From a virus, in the IMG/VR virus record IMGVR_UViG_3300027917_001949, positions 64,001-128,000 of that record: DNA of 64,000 bases; one strand, 5' to 3'. Below, one piece after another: positions 57,660 to 64,000 of the stretch. The notes beneath the pieces were generated by a model. The model made no database searches. It had not been told where the DNA came from and worked only from the letters and a program-made list of their open reading frames with translations. Within the stretch, counting starts at the first letter, position 1. Each line of letters opens with the position of its first letter. A program made the position numbers and the translations under genes.

Positions 57660-58079
57660 TTTTCTTCCTTCTGAGGCTTAGCCCCATACTTTATTTTACC
57701 AACAGACTGTGATTAGATAATCTCCCGCTTCAATGATGCCCTTCCAGACAAGGTAACATAAGATGCCACCTGCTCGGTACATCAACTTACCTGATTCTAT
57801 ATCACTCACATCAAAGTCTGTCATGTAATCAACCTTTGCCACGTATGTTTTCGCTATATCGTTCGGTAATTCTTCGTACGCAACAAACTCATATGTGCCG
57901 TTTGCTGATGGTATATTGTCGTTTACGAGCCGGTCAAATTCCTGATAGTCCATAACATTATAAGTCAATTTTTTCATGCCATCCACACCTATAACAGAAA
58001 AAGAATCGATATTTCCAACCCTTTACATTACGGTCAACGTAATGAGTCTCATGTCTTTGTAGGAAGTGCCGTAGATTTA

Positions 58080-58553
58080 TCATAAGTCCTTTTTCCTTTT
58101 CACATCGAAGCAACGAACCAGATATTTCTGCCGGTTTTCCATCTGGTCATGTCTGAACTTACCTCTGGCATCCCACCTGTTTCGTGATTCAAGCGTGGTT
58201 TGATATTCATTTGGTTGACCGGCATTAACAGTGATAAGTTCATCGGTTTTTTCATACGGAAACATACCCCATTCAGCAAGTATGTCAAAAGCCGTCTCGA
58301 TATACTGTTCACCGTAACCGTAAGTAAATGGTACTCTACCTATCAACTCATTATTTACATAAACATTTACGCTATGGTACGTGTTGCCATTTGTTCGTTC
58401 AAACCATCTCTTTGCTTCAATCATCACGATACAATTGCCAGCACGATTTCCGGTCAAACATTTGAATCGATTATTGCATTGTTCACATACATTATCCATT
58501 GCCGTCTCCTTCATCCGGTATGACATTATCGAATGCCGTACTTCGTTTCTCAA
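58080..58553 (-). CDS. Phage protein with N-terminal Cys module (CEQCNNRFKCLT)
   Basis: RWF...GNTYHS...YGYG plus motif. Confidence 0.7.
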   Translation of the reverse strand: MRNEVRHSIMSYRMKETAMDNVCEQCNNRFKCLTGNRAGNCIVMIEAKRWFERTNGNTYHSVNVYVNNELIGRVPFTYGYGEQYIETAFDILAEWGMFPYEKTDELITVNAGQPNEYQTTLESRNRWDARGKFRHDQMENRQKYLVRCFDVKRKKDL

Positions 58554-60016
58554 GGTTTATTTCGTATACCGTACACGTACAATCGATTGTTGTCATTGTA
58601 ACATCATATACGTCACCCAATGTATGTAGTAGCCAAGTTAATTCGTTCAGGTCAAGTTCCATGTTTTGTGGTGTGTGTAGGTGTAGTTTAATTTTAGTGC
58701 CCATTAATCCCACCTTACCGAATTGAACAGGAAGTATTTATACTCGCCACCAGACTTCGGAAACTGCTTGTTGAAATCCTGTGCCAGTTTGTTCACCGCT
58801 TCCTTCATCCAGTCGAACTTAGCTTTCCTATCGTCAAGCCGTTGCTGTTCTTCCTGTTCTGTCATTGGTTTCGCATGTCTCATGTTGCTACCCCACTCTG
58901 GCGCCATTGTTCACCTCGCTGTTCTATGCCCTACGACCACCTTATAGTCTCGCAAGTTCACTATGATTATCTCGTTGTGCATCAGTTCCCGTGCCGTATC
59001 TATCGGTATACCCAACTCTGCCAGGATTTTCGCTGTTCCATTCGGACCTTCGCCACCATAACCACAGGTACAACCAGACAGCAGAATATCATCTTGTGTG
59101 CCAATAATCATGACGTTCCACTCAAGAGGATATGACATACCATCATCCTCTACCATTTCATGATAAACGCCATCCTTACGAGCGTACACTGATAGAGGTT
59201 CACCGAGTCTACTTTTGTTCTCTTGCCAGAACTCAAGACTCCTTCGTGTAATTCCGTGCCCTTCGTCTTTAAGAATCATCTGACACCCCCAATTACTTTT
59301 AGCTTCTTGAATCGTTCCGCCACACGAGTCTGTGGTACGGTTATATGACCGGATTTAACGCCATCCATAAAAGCAAATAATGTTTCGACATATTTATCTC
59401 TACGGTGGTCACAAACAATCCGATACTTATCTTTCTTATTAACTCCCTTTGCCAGTGACATTATCTTACCCCCAACTTTCGCTGTGCAACAACGAGCGAT
59501 GCTTGTATGTTCTGCCTTTGCGATAGCTTTGTGATAACCTCACGTTCGACCTTGCCATCTTTTATCTGCTTTATCAGTTCTACCAGAACATCAGCAACTC
59601 GATTGATGCCACTGTGGACACCATCACCCGACTGGTATCGTTCAGCATCCCTGACCTTCTGTAGCCAATAATTGACTACTCCATTCTCATCAGAATTACT
59701 TGCTCGATTTTCTGTTGACCGGTGTGTGCCAAGTTCTCGCTTACGTTCTTTCTGTTTACTCATGGATGCAACTCCCAACTAAAATTATGCCAGTACCCGC
59801 ACTTCATGCACTCGAATGCGGCGTATACATTATCCGGTTCAATGTGTCCATTTTCATCGTAACTATGCCACGTATCCAAACTAAGTTGTATGTTCCTATG
59901 TGCCACTGTGTTCTTAACCGGACACACGTAACTCAGTTTGAGTTCAAAGCCATTAATAGTCATACTATTATGTATCATTTTGCCGTGAAATAGATTGCAT
60001 CTATCCTCTCATTATT

Positions 60017-60045
60017 ATTATACACCCTGCCGCTTAATTAATCAA
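60017..60045 (-). promoter_or_regulatory. Sigma70-type promoter
   Basis: TTGATT-17-TATAAT. Confidence 0.5.
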
Positions 60046-61005
60046 GTCTCGGTGTGATGTGTCTCGGAGTTATCTGACAGCGTATGCCAAATATCACCTG
60101 TTCAACATCTCTCACGTCATTTAAAAAGCCGTCCGCTTCCTCTACCGTATCAAATTCGTGGGTATGTATCTCTTCTCGGTAGTCCTCATACATTTGCCCG
60201 TTGTTTGACTTGACGAGTAATAAATACTTTGAGTGTTCTAGCAGTTTCAATGCATCTTCTGCCACCGCTAGTGCTTCGTTGAAACTGTTCGCTTCCTCTA
60301 AACCAGTATCGTCTGCCATTCCTACTCCCCTGTGTAGTATTTCTCGTGCCGTTTTGTAGTTCATTATTTCACTATCTCCAATGCTAGATAATGGTAGTCA
60401 AATTGCCGACAGTAGTCAAACCACTGTTTACGTGTCATAAATATCGGATGCTCACAACCATTGGCATCAATCTCTATTGCGTGGGTAAATGTTACGCTAC
60501 CACATTTAGGGCATGACCATCGAACCAACTCTTGCATTGTAGTTATACTATAACAATGACTTGATTCAATGACGCCAGACCCACATTCACAAAATTCACT
60601 CATAGCCATACATACCTATTAAACCGTAATTCACCGAATAACCCACCGGACGCATACAGACGATAGCCAACTGTTCTACCATCATGAGTCACCGGTTCTC
60701 GGTAATGTGTGAATATCCAGTTCAAGCCGTACTCCTTTCGTTGTTCCTCTGTTAATTGTTCTTTAGCCATGTTGTTCTCCTTTTATTCTAATGGATATAA
60801 CTCTGACCATGTTCTAAACCTGTCGCCATCTTTCAACGGTTGCTTGAATTTAACTCCAAGCCAATCCTCATATATTCCGTATGTATCACCTTTCATAACA
60901 TAGTCTATGTCGGCTTCATATCTGTTCAATAACTCTTTGAGTTCTTTCTTAAATTCTACTAACTTCTGCTTGTCGTCCATTTTAGCCATGACACTCCTCT
61001 CTGTT

Positions 61006-61317
61006 CTATACCACCAATAGAAATGTATTCCATGCCACCACCATTACCATCATTAGATTGAACACTCCAAACGATACCAGACCAATTCGCTTGTGGCGTT
61101 TGCACACAATGACCATCATCATCGCTGCCAGGATTGTACCGACTATCTTTAATAGCCAGAAGTCAACTGAACTACCGGATAACAACCCATCCACGAATAC
61201 GTTCCCTTCCATGCCATACTCGTGTGTGAGTAGATACTGGGTCAGCAGAGCGTCAGCCACACCAAGCATGACTAACGCTCCTGCCATTCCCCGCACCGAG
61301 AACATTTCTGCCCTCAT
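61006..61317 (-). CDS. DUF5658-like membrane protein
   Basis: DALLT..L..G.EGN..LK...N hydrophobic pattern. Confidence 0.7.
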   Translation of the reverse strand: MRAEMFSVRGMAGALVMLGVADALLTQYLLTHEYGMEGNVFVDGLLSGSSVDFWLLKIVGTILAAMMMVIVCKRHKRIGLVSFGVFNLMMVMVVAWNTFLLVV

Positions 61318-62216
61318 TAGTCTACCCTTCCATCAGCCGACCACGAACCGATTGCTCGATTCTCATATGCCTTGAAGATGAGTGGGTGGTCACTGTTGGA
61401 TAATTTCAGCATCGGATGTTCCTGACGACTGTGCCGAATGTGTCCTGATACATACGTGTCACCGTTTAACATGATACCCCTTGTGGCGATGTGCGAACTT
61501 CCACCGGTATCACGATTCGGCAAGACAAACTTGTTTTCCATTGTTTTGTACATAAGTTTATTCAACTTATCTACTGGTATCGGATTGCCGTCCTTCAATA
61601 CTTCCATCGGTGCTTCTGTCTGGACGAAGAACCATTCACCCTGCCGGAGAAAGTCGTTGGTGGTCACTTCTTTCGGTTTCAGAAGTTCAAACGCATCCTC
61701 TACCGTTTCAGCCGGTTCAGGTAGTTCACAGATAAAATACTGTTGACCATCCATAGAAGATAGGAAGTATCTGCCATCCTGCTCTATCACTGCCGATTCT
61801 GGTCTACGTTCCTCGTTAGGAAACCAGCCATCCTGAGCTAGTCCACTCAATGCCTCATACTCTGCAACCGTAATGTGGATGGTTTTATCCATCGAATCCC
61901 TTTTCGAATAGCCAACCAAATCCCACCGCTGTTGTTCATGGTCAACTAAGTTAAACAGCATGTAGTCTATCTTTGCCTGTCTCAAAGTAGTGAATGGTAA
62001 CTGGATGGTGGCGTGTCGGAAACACTTCGACTGGTGTGCCGACGTTGAACTGGAGTATTTGTCTGCGTTTAGTACGAAGCCCCAGTCTCTCCGTACCAGT
62101 AGAGGGAAGTGTCTGCCGTAGGAGTACAACACGTCACCCCCGATAAACATGTGACTTGCTTCTCCGTAGACTGCCCCCTCTACAAACTCATCGATAAGTA
62201 CACTATGCCTTTTCAT
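61317..62216 (-). CDS. Conserved phage protein (YSYGRHFP...RQGEWFF)
   Basis: 299-aa ORF. Confidence 0.75.
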   Translation of the reverse strand: MKRHSVLIDEFVEGAVYGEASHMFIGGDVLYSYGRHFPLLVRRDWGFVLNADKYSSSTSAHQSKCFRHATIQLPFTTLRQAKIDYMLFNLVDHEQQRWDLVGYSKRDSMDKTIHITVAEYEALSGLAQDGWFPNEERRPESAVIEQDGRYFLSSMDGQQYFICELPEPAETVEDAFELLKPKEVTTNDFLRQGEWFFVQTEAPMEVLKDGNPIPVDKLNKLMYKTMENKFVLPNRDTGGSSHIATRGIMLNGDTYVSGHIRHSRQEHPMLKLSNSDHPLIFKAYENRAIGSWSADGRVD

Positions 62217-63610
62217 TAACTGTCCCTCTCTTTCAATAGATTCATATTTAACCCACCGTATGGGATTCGTGCCTTTTCTTTATTCAGGACTATCGTTAGC
62301 CCTAAGTCAGCGATAATATCAGTCAAGTCATTCTCAAATGCACGAGTGTTATCGGTGTGCCTGCCGTTCATATGTGCGTACTCATGTATCGCTGTGCCTA
62401 TGAAACGTCGATAGTCTTGTTCCTGAATTATGCTGTATGATACAGCTATGATACCTGCCGCATGGTCAGCGTAACCCTCATCTTCAAATATTTTTATACC
62501 ATCAATAGGTGGGTTGCTGAATATCTTTATTGGGTAAGTGTTAAGACAGGCTTCCGAAGCAATCATGGTTGCGAGACTAGATGCTCTTTCAAAGAACCTC
62601 TTCTCTCCTGCCTTTAACTTTGACAGTGGTATCGGTTTCTTAATATCTTTATTGATTACATCGGTTGAGTACTCGATGAATCTGCCAAGTGACCTGAGTA
62701 ATCCCCAAGGCAACATCAGTACCACCCAGTTCCTTTCTAACGCTGCCAAATCAACGCTTGGGTCACCGCAAGATAAACATACACGTTTGCCATATAGCTT
62801 GTGTATCACCGTTCTCCACTCTTGGCTTGGACTGAACATTACATCGTATTCTATCGGTATTTTACCACCACCACTTTGCTCAAACTCGATGCCCTCTGTC
62901 AACAGAGTTTCCATGATTTCCTTTGTCTTTGTGCAGGTCAAAGCGGTAGCAATTGCCTCTCGTATCGATGATTGGTTGATTGCCGACCTGTCTCGGTTTA
63001 CCAAGTCTTTATCAAAGAAATTGTAACCATAGACTGAGTCAACTTCAGTTACTTTCAGACCATTCACCCAGACAGTGCCAGGAGCATCCATTATCTGGTA
63101 TCGGTAATATTCGCCATCACGTATCCTACTTTCAATGATGGTAGCAGGTGAGAACTTCAAGAATAGATTGCGTGCCTCTTCCAGTTCCTCATCCGAACAT
63201 TGTAGATAAATCTGAGTACCACTACGTGTTTCGCCGCTGTCGGTTATATCGATGGTCAGTAGCTCTGATTGCCACCTCTCATCGAACTGTAGCGAAAATA
63301 CGTAATTCTTACCGAGAGATTGAATATGGACTTGCCGTCCCTCACGTGCAAATACAAGGCATCCAATCTTCATCCCCTCACCGAACTGCCCGATTGCGTC
63401 AGTATCACGTTTTGATGTTTTACCGAGAATAAAATCAGATAGGTGGACACCGATGCCATTGTCGCATATAACCTGAAAGTCACCGCTTTCCTCGAATGTC
63501 AGGTCAGTGCCGGTATCGATAGCGTTCTGGATTATCTCTCGGATGGCGTCTCTGACCGTCCAATTCTCACAATAATTACGTTCAATGGTTAGTACTTGTT
63601 TATTTGCCAC
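62216..63610 (-). CDS. GHKL (Hsp90/HATPase-like) ATPase with C-terminal HExxH
   Basis: IREIIQNAID, DNG.G, IGQFGEGMK, GT; HEYAH. Confidence 0.85.
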   Translation of the reverse strand: MANKQVLTIERNYCENWTVRDAIREIIQNAIDTGTDLTFEESGDFQVICDNGIGVHLSDFILGKTSKRDTDAIGQFGEGMKIGCLVFAREGRQVHIQSLGKNYVFSLQFDERWQSELLTIDITDSGETRSGTQIYLQCSDEELEEARNLFLKFSPATIIESRIRDGEYYRYQIMDAPGTVWVNGLKVTEVDSVYGYNFFDKDLVNRDRSAINQSSIREAIATALTCTKTKEIMETLLTEGIEFEQSGGGKIPIEYDVMFSPSQEWRTVIHKLYGKRVCLSCGDPSVDLAALERNWVVLMLPWGLLRSLGRFIEYSTDVINKDIKKPIPLSKLKAGEKRFFERASSLATMIASEACLNTYPIKIFSNPPIDGIKIFEDEGYADHAAGIIAVSYSIIQEQDYRRFIGTAIHEYAHMNGRHTDNTRAFENDLTDIIADLGLTIVLNKEKARIPYGGLNMNLLKERDS

Positions 63611-63851
63611 TGTCTGTCTCCTTTGTTTTTTCGCCTTTGACTGTTCGTATCTGGTTAGTCAGAATGCCTCGTGACCGTTTCAACCTTGTCTGCTCTGCCA
63701 CCAGATTCTTTATATCAGACTTGTTTTTTATAATCTGATACTTGACATGGTTAAGCTCATGTTCGAGGATACCAGCTACCATGTCAAATGCCTCTTGTCT
63801 AGCTTTGGTCATTTTCATTGCCACTCCTTTCAAAATATTTCCCACTAACCT

Positions 63852-63881
63852 ATTGTACCACATAGCCTGAATTTTGGTCAA
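63852..63881 (-). promoter_or_regulatory. Sigma70-type promoter
   Basis: TTGACC-18-TACAAT with TG extension. Confidence 0.55.
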
Positions 63882-64000
63882 GTGTCTGTTCTTCCTGCCA
63901 GTCTATCAATCACCTGTCCTATGTCATACTCTAACCATGCGAGTGCCGCTTCCTTTTTGTCACCACCATGAGATTTACAACCTGCGCCGTTCTCACTAGG

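Noticed and set aside
155-58553. Cys module as a DNA repeat or diversity-generating retroelement target
   Set aside because: Nucleotide sequences differ at synonymous sites throughout, variation is not adenine-specific, and no reverse transcriptase is in the window.
8720-63432. Numerous plus-strand ORFs in the minus-strand block (e.g. 8720, 13956, 36465, 43926, 50421, 62538)
   Set aside because: Antisense to well-supported genes, Ser/Ile/Phe-rich shadow composition, no SD or motifs.
1-64000. Alternative genetic code suggested by the many short ORFs
   Set aside because: Known enzymes (RtcB, CCA enzyme, ligase, AAA+) are full length in code 11, genes are tightly coupled using all three stops, and no suppressor tRNA was found.

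Overview
This is a segment of a large bacteriophage-like genome: standard genetic code, dense small ORFs, host-type TTGACA-17/18-TATAAT promoters, and no structural genes or rRNA. Bases 1-8.2 kb (+ strand) hold an array of 23 canonical tRNAs, an RNase P RNA (rnpB) and several unexplained structured RNAs. These are interleaved with small ORFs, including panD and an HNH endonuclease, whose starts and stops abut the tRNA ends. After a convergent terminator, 8.2-64 kb is a long minus-strand block. It encodes a CCA-adding enzyme, metallophosphoesterase, peptide deformylase, DUF4338-like and methylase-like proteins, eight 'MKIRxGFVSNSSS' proteins with an Nfu domain and a radical SAM enzyme, a family-4 UDG, RuvB-like ATPase, MoxR-like AAA+/VWA pair, Ku, ATP-dependent ligase, RtcB and a GHKL ATPase. 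The most striking signal is a Cys module, C-Xn-CxxCxx[RK][FY]xC[WFYL][TS], found in about 40 otherwise unrelated ORFs on both strands. Second is a tRNA-punctuation layout, in which tRNA processing would release leaderless mRNAs. All calls were made by eye from motifs and base-pairing; no database searches were run.
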